Positions 9,599-17,841 of a DNA stretch of 32,000 nucleotides are shown here, piece by piece (position 1 is the first letter of the stretch; each line of letters begins with the position of its first letter). Location of the stretch: assembly GCA_026002795.1 (NCBI GenBank), contig BPGA01000001.1, forward strand, positions 420,001-452,000, read 5' to 3'. A program made the position numbers and the translations under genes. A model generated the notes under the pieces. That model saw only the letters and a list, made by a program, of their open reading frames with translations, did not search any database and was not told the origin of the DNA. This DNA comes from Candidatus Saccharimonadota bacterium (GTDB lineage Archaea > Nanobdellota > Nanobdellia > Pacearchaeales > GW2011-AR1).

Positions 9599-9793
9599 AT
9601 GACAATAGATAACTTAGTTATGAGATCTTTAAAAGAAATAGCAGAAAAATACTCTAATGGAAGAGTAAATAATGTTTTAGTAAAGTACCTTGAGATTGAA
9701 GAATTAATAAAAAGAGAATTTGTTGGAAGAGATGAAGATTGGTATAAAAGATTTGCTTTGGCTAGAACGAGAGTTTATTTTGAATCTCAATAA
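9599..9793 (+). CDS. Hypothetical small protein (64 aa)
   Basis: ORF only. It sits 11 nt after the FHA gene with non-low-complexity, helical-looking composition. No motif recognised. Confidence 0.35.
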   Translation: MTIDNLVMRSLKEIAEKYSNGRVNNVLVKYLEIEELIKREFVGRDEDWYKRFALARTRVYFESQ

Positions 9794-9798
9794 AACCA

Positions 9799-11112
9799 CT
9801 AAAAATTATTAATGATTTTAACTTTTTCTATACTCATTTCTTTCATTGTTTTTTTGTTATTTTTTTTGTTAAGCCAGTTTTTTAAAAAATCTTTCGGCTT
9901 TTCATTAAATTTTTCTTTAGAGTAAAACCTTCCATTTTTTATGAAAAAATTCTTGTGTTTAATTTTAAATTTCTCAGAATTTCTTTTGTCATTCTCTTTT
10001 GGACCTATAAATAGAATTTCTTTTTTATTTTTTAAAATAAAAATAGCAAAAGCCTTTTTATTTTGAAGATATTCGAAATAAGATTCTTTTATTTCAAAAA
10101 ATTTTGATAACTCTCTTCTTAAAAAATTATAAAACTTAAGAAGTTTGCTTCCAGCAATATCTCCTTCTTGCTTATTTGTTTCTATCTCCAACAAAAGAAG
10201 TTCGCTTTTAGTTTTAATTGCTTTTTTTCTTATTTCTTCTATATTTAATGACTTTTTTTCAAAAAACCTTAAAGAAGGTTTTTTTAAAAATTCTTTACAA
10301 GCTTTTTTAAATCTTAAAAAAGTCTCTTCTGACAAAGCAGCAAGAACGTTTCTATTTTTGTATGTTGGATCAACCAAAATTATTGGACTTTTTAATTTTG
10401 CAGAATTTAAATTAATTAAAATTTGTTCTTTGGTTTTGTAATGCCTTTCTATATCTATTATCTCTTTATTCTTAATATCAATTTTGCTTATTTTTCTTAA
10501 AAAATTTAAAAAACCTTTGTAATGCATGATAAGCAATTCTAAAGCATATCCCGAAAAGCCTTTAATGTATGATTCTGCACCATAACATCCTACAGAATAA
10601 CAAAATGCTTTTGCTAAAGCAACATCTTTTAAATTTTTCTCATTTAAATTCCTTTTTATATAATTGACATGAAAATAAGAAAGATCGGTAATGTTTTCTG
10701 CTTCTTCTGGCTTCGAAATTTTTTTTACAGGAATCACTTCAAAAAAAAGCCATTTTTTTATTTCAATTCTAAAATAATCTCTAGACCCTTTAATTTTTTT
10801 GTATGGAAGTTTGGTTTTTTTGACGATTCTTTCTAAAATCAAAGAAATTTCATTTTCTTTATAACCAAAAAACCTAACAAAAATATCAACTTCATAAACA
10901 TCTTTTTTTATTAGAGTCTTTTTTGCAAAACTACCACCAATAAAAACATCGGCATTTATATTTTCTCCCTCAATTTTATTTTTTAATAAAGAAATAAAAT
11001 TTTTAACCTCTTCATTAATTTTTTCATAAGTTTCATCTAATGGTATAACTTTTAAGATTGCTTCATTTAATATCTTTTCATATTTTTTTTTCATTATTAA
11101 AGAAAGAGTCAT
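9799..11112 (-). CDS. cca: Archaeal class I CCA-adding enzyme (tRNA nucleotidyltransferase)
   Basis: Pol-beta nucleotidyltransferase motif GGSFAKKTLIKKDVYEVDIFVRF (G[GS]...[DE]xD), plus the archaeal CCA hallmark GFSGYALELLIMHY (compare GFSGYxxELL). Length of about 437 aa is typical. An alternative start at Met7 (11094) is possible. Confidence 0.85.
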   Translation of the reverse strand: MTLSLIMKKKYEKILNEAILKVIPLDETYEKINEEVKNFISLLKNKIEGENINADVFIGGSFAKKTLIKKDVYEVDIFVRFFGYKENEISLILERIVKKTKLPYKKIKGSRDYFRIEIKKWLFFEVIPVKKISKPEEAENITDLSYFHVNYIKRNLNEKNLKDVALAKAFCYSVGCYGAESYIKGFSGYALELLIMHYKGFLNFLRKISKIDIKNKEIIDIERHYKTKEQILINLNSAKLKSPIILVDPTYKNRNVLAALSEETFLRFKKACKEFLKKPSLRFFEKKSLNIEEIRKKAIKTKSELLLLEIETNKQEGDIAGSKLLKFYNFLRRELSKFFEIKESYFEYLQNKKAFAIFILKNKKEILFIGPKENDKRNSEKFKIKHKNFFIKNGRFYSKEKFNEKPKDFLKNWLNKKNNKKTMKEMSIEKVKIINNF

Positions 11113-11176
11113 GCTTTTTTAATTGTTCCTTTTTTTAAATACAAAAATTTATAATTTATGAATATTTAGTTAGTTT

Positions 11177-11572
11177 ATGCCACACCAATGTGTTAGATGT
11201 TCTAGGATAATTCCTAAAGGGAGTAAAGAAATTCTTGAAGGATGTAAAGAATGTGGAGGAAAATTTTTCTTTTATATAAGAGAAGAGCAGCTAGAAAAAT
11301 TAAAGAAAAGAGTTATTGAAATTCCAGAAGAAGAAAAAATAAAAATAGAGAAAGAAATTAGAGAAATAGCAAATATTCCAGAAGAAGATATGCCAGTAAT
11401 CTTAGATGTTGAATCTATAAGAATTATCTCTGAAGGAAAATTTGAAATTGACTTATCTAAATTATTTAGAAAAGGTTTGCCTATTGTCTATAAAATAGAA
11501 GAGGGGAAGTATATAATTGATATAGCTTCAACCTTAAATTTAAGAACAGAAAATTTAAAGAAAGAAACTTAA
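11177..11572 (+). CDS. Zn-ribbon protein (archaeal DUF2072/COG3364-like)
   Basis: N-terminal CxxC...CxxC ribbon (CVRCSRII...CKECGGKFFFY) followed by an acidic helical region. It neighbours the DUF2073-like and GTPase genes, as in the conserved archaeal triad. The family name is from memory. Confidence 0.6.
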   Translation: MPHQCVRCSRIIPKGSKEILEGCKECGGKFFFYIREEQLEKLKKRVIEIPEEEKIKIEKEIREIANIPEEDMPVILDVESIRIISEGKFEIDLSKLFRKGLPIVYKIEEGKYIIDIASTLNLRTENLKKET

Positions 11573-11710
11573 AAAATAAAATATTCCACTTTAACATATT
11601 ATAACAAATTTACCTCAAAAACAAAAAATCTTCTATTGTTTTCTTCAGAGAAACTTTAAATAATTAGTCAAAAAACACAATTTATACACAATTTATAATT
11701 TTCTAAATTT

Positions 11711-12115
11711 TTAAAATCCTTTTAAAAAAAGCTCAATTTTTTTTGGATTCTTTTTTATTTCTTTGACTATGCTTGCAGCTCCGATTATAGTTATTGATGT
11801 AAGATCACTTCCTGCTATTGCACTTAAAAGATTTCTTTTTAACCTATCGAAAAACCCATCACTTTCAGAGCCAGAAATAACAGCAAGCTCAATTCCTTTA
11901 AAATTTTTTACATGGCCTATCATAGCCATTGTATCTTCAATAAGTCTTGTTTCTTCTTCAGGAGCAAGTCTTCCTTGTAAAACTAAAATGCTATTTCCTA
12001 AAACAATATTTAAAATTTTTTTTATTCTTTCAGAGCTATCTAAATCTTTTATTTCAGAATATGGTAAAAAATAAACTGAAAGCCCTTTTATTTTTCCTAA
12101 ACTTTTTTTTGCCAT
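11711..12115 (-). CDS. Conserved archaeal protein, DUF2073-like
   Basis: 134-aa ORF directly downstream of, and probably co-transcribed with, the small GTPase (10-nt gap). The LAPEEETRLIEDTMAM segment fits my recollection of this family. Assignment is tentative. Confidence 0.5.
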   Translation of the reverse strand: MAKKSLGKIKGLSVYFLPYSEIKDLDSSERIKKILNIVLGNSILVLQGRLAPEEETRLIEDTMAMIGHVKNFKGIELAVISGSESDGFFDRLKRNLLSAIAGSDLTSITIIGAASIVKEIKKNPKKIELFLKGF

Positions 12116-12125
12116 TTTTTAACCT

Positions 12126-12758
12126 TTAAACTTTCTTAGCTAGTTTAAATATTTCTTCGTAAAACTCATCCATGTTTTTTCCAAATCTAGCACTTATTCC
12201 AACAACTTTATATTCAGGAAATGCAGCCTCTATTTTTTTTACATTCGCTTTTCTTAAATCTATTTTATTTGCTACAATCAAAACAGGAATTTTTCTTGCT
12301 ACAAGATTCCCAATTATCGTTATGTTTACTTGGTTGTAAGGATTTTGCGTTGCATCTAAAACTACAACAACTAAATCCATATCATCAAGCCATTTTATTG
12401 CTTCTACAACGCCCTGAGTTGCTTCTTTTGCCCTTTCTTTCGCTTCTTTTTTGTTTAATCTAAATTTTAAAAAATCTTCATAATCAATTTTTGTCGCGAT
12501 TCCAGGAGTGTCAACAATTTTAAAAGTCATTTTTTTTCCTTTATACTCTATTTCAACTTTTTCTTTAAATTGGACTTTTCTTGTTTCATGAGGAATTTTG
12601 CTTACAGTTCCAATTTCTTCACCAGTAAAATCCTTACAAATTCTATTTGCTAAACTAGTTTTTCCAGCATTAGGCGGTCCATAGAAACCTAGCTTTAATT
12701 CTTTTTTCTTTTTAAAGATGCCAGAAAAAAATCTTTTGAAAAAACTTCTCAAGCCCAT
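12126..12758 (-). CDS. Small Era/Ras-like GTP-binding protein
   Basis: G1 GPPNAGKTS, G3 DTPG, G4 NKID, G5 SAR; 210 aa. Confidence 0.85.
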   Translation of the reverse strand: MGLRSFFKRFFSGIFKKKKELKLGFYGPPNAGKTSLANRICKDFTGEEIGTVSKIPHETRKVQFKEKVEIEYKGKKMTFKIVDTPGIATKIDYEDFLKFRLNKKEAKERAKEATQGVVEAIKWLDDMDLVVVVLDATQNPYNQVNITIIGNLVARKIPVLIVANKIDLRKANVKKIEAAFPEYKVVGISARFGKNMDEFYEEIFKLAKKV

Positions 12759-12802
12759 TTTAAAAGTTATGAAAGATGATTATTAAATCTTTTTGTTTAT
12801 TT

Positions 12803-15403
12803 TTATATAGGCATTCCTGTTTTTTTACCAGCATATTTTCTCATTGCATATCTTATTTGTTCTGAATTCCATCCAGATTTTTTTAAATTTTCAATTATTT
12901 CTTTATCACTAATTCCTCTTCTTTTTGCTGTTGTTATGTAAGCTGCTATATTATAAAGATCATTTTTATTTTTAAATAAGTAATCTTCATATTTTTTGTT
13001 GTACCAAGCTCTTAAAAATAAATAAACAGCTACAAAAACAATTACTAAAAAAATTATAACAAAAATCAAAATTAAATTCTTTGGAGTTTTTTCTGGTTGT
13101 TTCACCTCTTCTATAATATTTAAACTTGTTAATTTTGGAGAAACAATTATTGGAACATCTAAAACACTAATATCTTCTGTTGTTGAAAAAGAAAACCTAT
13201 TGTTTTTTATATCTTTTGATTTAATGTATATGTAATTTCCTTCTTCTGAAAAACTTGTTCCTTTTTCTATATACAAATTATCTAATTTTGGAATTATAAT
13301 GTAATAATCTTCTGATGTATTCTCTGCAATATCTATAGTAAAAGAATTAATCAAAGGAGAGGAGTAATCTTCATATTCTGAAAAGTATTTTGATTGTGTT
13401 GCTTTTATTTCAAAATTATCAAAATACCATCTTAATATGTTATCTTTGTAGGCTTCTTCATCTTCTATTGTAATATTTTCATTGGTTATTGTTTTTATTA
13501 AAGAAAGATCTATATTGTCTTTTTCAGGCACTATCTGCGTTGCAGGAACTTTTGAAAATAAGAAAACATTTTTAGGAACATTTACTTTTAAAAGCTCTGT
13601 AATTATACTTATGTAATCTTCATCAGAGCTTGCGTTGTTGAATTGTTCCTCTAAAGAGTTAATTGTTGAGTTAATCTCTTCAAGATTTAAATTTTCTTTT
13701 ATTGCTTCTTGACTAAATGCATCAAAACTTTTAATGTTTTTATCTATAGAGTTAAGATTTTCTCTTATTTTTTCTATTCTCGGCTCTATAACATCTTTAG
13801 GAGAAGTTACATTTATTTCAAATTTTTTTACTGAACTTAATCCTCTTATATCTGTAATGTTTATTGTTAAATTATAAATTCCAATATTCTGATATGTGTG
13901 TGTTGTTTTGTTTATTGTTGTTGTTTCAGTGCTACCATCTCCAAAATCCCAGAAAATTCTTGAGATGTTTCTTGAAGAGCTTATTGTAATAACAAATTCT
14001 GTTGGATAAGAAGCAGGAGCTCTTAATGTGTTTATTGATAAAACCCTAGGGACGTCAGTTACATTTATTTTTTTTGTAAAGATTAAAGAGTTGTTATATT
14101 TTAAAGAAAAAGAATAGGCTCCAAATTCTTTAGGAAGAGTGAAGTTTGCTGAGCTTAAATAAATTTTTTGGAAGCCTGAAAAAATTCTTTGTGGAGCTTT
14201 TTCTATATCATAAAATTTATAATCGCTCGCTGTTCCAATATCTTTTTGGTATACAAGAGAAAGGCCTGTTAAATTTAATTGCTGTTGTGCTCCAGAATAA
14301 ATTCTTATTGGGATGATACATCCAGCTGTTCCGCAATTTAAGCTTCCGTATTTTTCATTTATATAATCTTGAGCAAGAGAGGATAAAGATTCACCAGTTG
14401 ATAAAAGATTTGGTATCTGTAAATTTCCAGGGCTATCAAAACCTTTCGGTTGGACAAAAAGACTATATGCTGCATTAAACCCAGATCCAGGTGGTGAACC
14501 GTAATAACCACAAGAAGAATTTCCTTGAGCAGAGTAGCCTTTAATGTTGAAACTTCCTGTTCCAGATACTGAATAAATACAAAGTGTGTACTCTTCTGGT
14601 TTTTTTACAGTGTAATTTATATCACAAGAAACTTCACCTCCTGATGTTGGTATTTGTTGTTGAATTTTGCAATTTCCAACTTCGTAATTGTTTTTGTTGT
14701 ATAATGAAAGCCTTATTTCTTTATTTCCAGAATTGTTTTTTATCCATGCGCCGACAGAATATGCAGGCGCTTCTGTTAATAAGAATTTTTGGCAAAAAGG
14801 AATGCTTCCAAGCTCTAAATTTTCTTCAGAAGGACTTTGTAGATAGCAGCTGTAATTTTTAGATAAGCAGCTTTGTCCAGAGCTTTTATTGTTGATAAAT
14901 TCAAAAGTATTGTCATTAAGAAAATCGATTTTAAGCTGATTTTGGCATGAAGGAGGTGCATTGCTTTGAACATTAAAAGATATAGAACTTATTGATATAA
15001 TGTTGCCAGTAAGATTTAAACCAACAATTTTTTCTTCATTCTCATTTAAATTAAAAATTTTTGTTTGTTCAGGCTGGCTGTTTTCCTTTAAAGAGTAGCT
15101 TTCGTTGCAATCTAAAGGAATGCAAGAGTATTGAGAATTGCTTTTTTTTAATAATTCTAGAAGAGTTATGCTTTTTTCTACACCATTGACTGATGCTGTG
15201 AAATTAGTGTTTGCAAGTTCTTGATTAAAGCTCATATTTACCCAACCAATTATGCTGTCAGAAGGTCCGTAAACTAGTTCTATTGAAGAGTTTGGCTCTC
15301 CTATCGAGTAACTTGCTGAAAAAATTTCTGAAAAGAAAATTAAAATAAAGAAAGAAAAGAATATAACAAAGATTCTTTTTAAAGAAAAAACCAAATTTTC
15401 CAT
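12803..15403 (-). CDS. Large type I membrane-anchored surface protein with a PKD domain, many N-glycosylation sequons and a short cytoplasmic tail
   Basis: N-terminal signal/TM (IFVIFFSFFILIFFSEIFSA), canonical PKD signature FWDFGDGSTETTTINKTTHTYQNIGIYNLTINITD, dozens of N-x-S/T sequons, C-terminal TM (LILIFVIIFLVIVFVAVYLFL), and a roughly 70-aa basic/helical tail. Confidence 0.8.
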   Translation of the reverse strand: MENLVFSLKRIFVIFFSFFILIFFSEIFSASYSIGEPNSSIELVYGPSDSIIGWVNMSFNQELANTNFTASVNGVEKSITLLELLKKSNSQYSCIPLDCNESYSLKENSQPEQTKIFNLNENEEKIVGLNLTGNIISISSISFNVQSNAPPSCQNQLKIDFLNDNTFEFINNKSSGQSCLSKNYSCYLQSPSEENLELGSIPFCQKFLLTEAPAYSVGAWIKNNSGNKEIRLSLYNKNNYEVGNCKIQQQIPTSGGEVSCDINYTVKKPEEYTLCIYSVSGTGSFNIKGYSAQGNSSCGYYGSPPGSGFNAAYSLFVQPKGFDSPGNLQIPNLLSTGESLSSLAQDYINEKYGSLNCGTAGCIIPIRIYSGAQQQLNLTGLSLVYQKDIGTASDYKFYDIEKAPQRIFSGFQKIYLSSANFTLPKEFGAYSFSLKYNNSLIFTKKINVTDVPRVLSINTLRAPASYPTEFVITISSSRNISRIFWDFGDGSTETTTINKTTHTYQNIGIYNLTINITDIRGLSSVKKFEINVTSPKDVIEPRIEKIRENLNSIDKNIKSFDAFSQEAIKENLNLEEINSTINSLEEQFNNASSDEDYISIITELLKVNVPKNVFLFSKVPATQIVPEKDNIDLSLIKTITNENITIEDEEAYKDNILRWYFDNFEIKATQSKYFSEYEDYSSPLINSFTIDIAENTSEDYYIIIPKLDNLYIEKGTSFSEEGNYIYIKSKDIKNNRFSFSTTEDISVLDVPIIVSPKLTSLNIIEEVKQPEKTPKNLILIFVIIFLVIVFVAVYLFLRAWYNKKYEDYLFKNKNDLYNIAAYITTAKRRGISDKEIIENLKKSGWNSEQIRYAMRKYAGKKTGMPI

Positions 15404-15515
15404 TTTCCTCTTTTAAACAAAAATAAAAAATAAAAGAGATTTATAAATTTGTTTATAGTTAGGCAAATCTTTAAATTAAACTTTTAAAAAGAGCAAGAGG
15501 TTTTTAAAATGGTAA

Positions 15516-15567
15516 AAGCCTAAAAATTCTTAAAAATAAACTAAATATTTAAACTGCCTTTAGGCTT
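15516..15567. repeat. 9-bp perfect inverted repeat (AAGCCTAAA ... TTTAGGCTT) with a 34-nt spacer, in an intergenic region
   Basis: Read directly: arms at 15516..15524 and 15559..15567. It lies between the stop of the 474-aa gene (15638) and the start of the 866-aa gene (15403), both on the minus strand. Confidence 0.4.
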
Positions 15568-15637
15568 AGTCACAAGCTAACAAAATTAATTTTGTCTCAG
15601 AAAACAATGCAATTCAAAAAATTCAGGTTTTTATTTT

Positions 15638-17062
15638 TTAGTTTTTTTGGATTTTTTTGCCACTTCTTTTAAAAGCTCTTTTTTTAAGTGCATTTCTTCT
15701 TAAAACAACTACAAAATAAATTGCAGCAATTATTACAAGTGCAAGAACAAATTGATAAAATCCAAAAAATGGAAGGGCAATTTGAGCAGGACATTCAACT
15801 GATTTTAATCCGCTGGTGCACTGGTTTTGTAAGTAAGAGTATTGTTGTTGGCAATTCTGATCACAACTTTGATCCCAAGTCCAGTTTGCAGTTAAATTCA
15901 CAATTAATAAACCATCACTACAATCATCGTCTGTTGTTTGGGTGTATGTACATTTTCCTACATCTTTTTCAGTGTTTGGATCTGTATAGCTCCAACTTAC
16001 TTTACATTTATTGTCAGAATTGCTCCAGCTACAACCACAATTTACATTAGGGTCAGAGCAATCAACATTATCACGAATCTGTCCTTGAGGGTTTACTAAA
16101 CAAACGTTGTTATTGCAATCATTTTCATTGTTGTACTGGCTGCATAAAGTTATTTGCAGCTGCTGACACCATGGAGGAGTTAGATAAACACTTAATTTAT
16201 TGTTTGATGTTACTGATTCTGAAGTGCCAGAAACATTTGCAACAAAAGTGTAGTTTTCTCCTGGAGGAGCAGCTTTCCAGGTTCCATTTACATTAGTGCT
16301 TTCTGCAGGAAAATTAATGTCTTGAGGAGGAATACAACCTGAAATTTGTCCTGCTTTACAACTCTTTCCATCTTTATCAAGAATATCAAAAGTGATTGTT
16401 TGTCCTGCACATTGCTGACTCCCTTCAACAGTCATATTAACATATGTTCCATTAGCTGTTTGTGTTTTTTCCCATATCGCAGATGTTAAATCACACTGGC
16501 CTGGTCCTCTTTTTAATTTTCCAAAAACCATAAATTCATAATTTCCGTCTGGGATTTGTAGATGAGCATTTGTAAAGTTTGAAAGTCTTAAAATTAATAC
16601 AGAATCAGTTCCAGCTTGCGTATTATCATTTGCTGCAAAAGTTTCATTTATATTACTAAAACAAATTCTATTACCACCGCCATAACTGCTAACACTATAC
16701 TGCTCTCTTCTTTCAGCATGTGCATTATTTGCTCCAGAAAGCCTTAAAATTGTATTCATTTCATTGCTATCATCGCAGCTGTTAAGCCTCTCTCCTGGAT
16801 CAAAACTACAACAGACAGCATAACCATACTGATTGTTGTTTTTTGCTACATGAGCACCACCAATTGTGCCATTACTAGAAACCTCAAATAAAAAATACTT
16901 ACCTCGCTGAGGATCGCAATTATTTTTTGAGATTATAAAACAAAGAGGGCTATCATCAGCAGAAACAAAATTTATAACTAAAAAAACCAAATAAATAAAA
17001 CTAAAAATTATAAAAGCTAATTTCAATTTTTTTGAATTTAATTTTTTTGCCATTTTATCCAT
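15638..17062 (-). CDS. Cys-rich secreted protein with a C-terminal membrane anchor
   Basis: Signal peptide (LAFIIFSFIYLVFLVINFVSA|DD), about 30 Cys, several N-x-S/T sequons, a threefold internal repeat carrying an (N/G)AH motif, a C-terminal TM (FVLALVIIAAIYFVVVL) and a basic tail. No family recognised. Confidence 0.7.
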   Translation of the reverse strand: MDKMAKKLNSKKLKLAFIIFSFIYLVFLVINFVSADDSPLCFIISKNNCDPQRGKYFLFEVSSNGTIGGAHVAKNNNQYGYAVCCSFDPGERLNSCDDSNEMNTILRLSGANNAHAERREQYSVSSYGGGNRICFSNINETFAANDNTQAGTDSVLILRLSNFTNAHLQIPDGNYEFMVFGKLKRGPGQCDLTSAIWEKTQTANGTYVNMTVEGSQQCAGQTITFDILDKDGKSCKAGQISGCIPPQDINFPAESTNVNGTWKAAPPGENYTFVANVSGTSESVTSNNKLSVYLTPPWCQQLQITLCSQYNNENDCNNNVCLVNPQGQIRDNVDCSDPNVNCGCSWSNSDNKCKVSWSYTDPNTEKDVGKCTYTQTTDDDCSDGLLIVNLTANWTWDQSCDQNCQQQYSYLQNQCTSGLKSVECPAQIALPFFGFYQFVLALVIIAAIYFVVVLRRNALKKRAFKRSGKKIQKN

Positions 17063-17063
17063 T

Positions 17064-17591
17064 TTATTTGTAATAAAAGCAACAGATTTGTCCTTCTAAT
17101 GGCGGATTGTCTGATGGTGTTCTCTTTACTACAAAAAATCCTTCTTTAGAAGGACAGCTGCCTGTTTGTGTTGGTGTTTCCCATCTAGCTCCAAGTCCTG
17201 TTACACATGTTTGGTCTTTTTCTCTTTCAGTAAGCTCACATGAAAATTTATCACAAGGTAATACATTATATTTTGAATATGCAGGATTTTTTGCAAGCTC
17301 TTCACATGTTGCAATTAAATTCTCATTTATAATATTTCTAAAATTACAGAAAGCATTTCTCTGTCCTGTGTCACACAAAAAAGCGCACTGAACATTTAAA
17401 GGATCTGGTTTTGGAGCTCTTTCTTGAATCAAAAAAATGTAAGCAAGCACAACAATAACTAAAACTAAGACAAAGAAAGCACTCCACAATAATTTTTTAT
17501 TGTCCATTCCTCTTTTATGATGATTTAAATTATTTGAATGATGTGTATGATGTAATGAATGCTTTTGGTTTGTTGAATGAATGTTAAGCAT
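17064..17591 (-). CDS. Small Cys-rich single-pass membrane protein (start uncertain)
   Basis: Its stop lies 1 nt before the start of the 474-aa gene, suggesting an operon. It has a TM (LLWSAFFVLVLVIVVLAYIFLI) followed by a roughly 120-aa domain with 10 Cys, ending in ICCFYYK. The track start at 17591 adds a His-rich 28-aa extension (HSLHHTHHSNNLNHH). The internal ATG at 17507 (MDNKKLLW...) is the more conventional signal-anchor start. Confidence 0.6.
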   Translation of the reverse strand: MLNIHSTNQKHSLHHTHHSNNLNHHKRGMDNKKLLWSAFFVLVLVIVVLAYIFLIQERAPKPDPLNVQCAFLCDTGQRNAFCNFRNIINENLIATCEELAKNPAYSKYNVLPCDKFSCELTEREKDQTCVTGLGARWETPTQTGSCPSKEGFFVVKRTPSDNPPLEGQICCFYYK

Positions 17592-17841
17592 TATGAATTT
17601 ATGATTTATCTTTATTAATAATAAAACTTATTTTATAAATATTGCTCTTATTGAGTTGTAATGTTATAATTAGCAATAAAAACACTCTTAGGATTTATAA
17701 CTATAGAAGCAATTTTTGTCTTAATAAAATTCAATGAATGAAAAAATAATGAGTGTGTTTTTATATTGATTGAAAAAATATTTATTGATAGAAATAAATC
17801 ACACATTGAATACCCCGCAAAAAGAGTTTTTATTGGTTTTT

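Noticed and set aside
10145-12463. Track ORFs 10145..10441(+), 11763..12074(+), 11947..12129(+) and 12221..12463(+)
   Set aside because: Antisense to the CCA enzyme, the DUF2073-like gene and the GTPase. Low-complexity products, mutually overlapping, no independent signals.
14584-17391. Track ORFs 14584..14862(+), 15688..16050(+) and 17107..17391(+)
   Set aside because: Antisense shadows within the three secreted-protein genes. The sense products have coherent signal peptide, ectodomain and TM architecture.
17511-17580. Possible C/D-box sRNA suggested by ATGATGA-like strings on the plus strand
   Set aside because: The TGATGA repeats are simply the antisense of CAT/CAC His codons in the His-rich extension. 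There is no matching CTGA D box or terminal stem at an appropriate distance.
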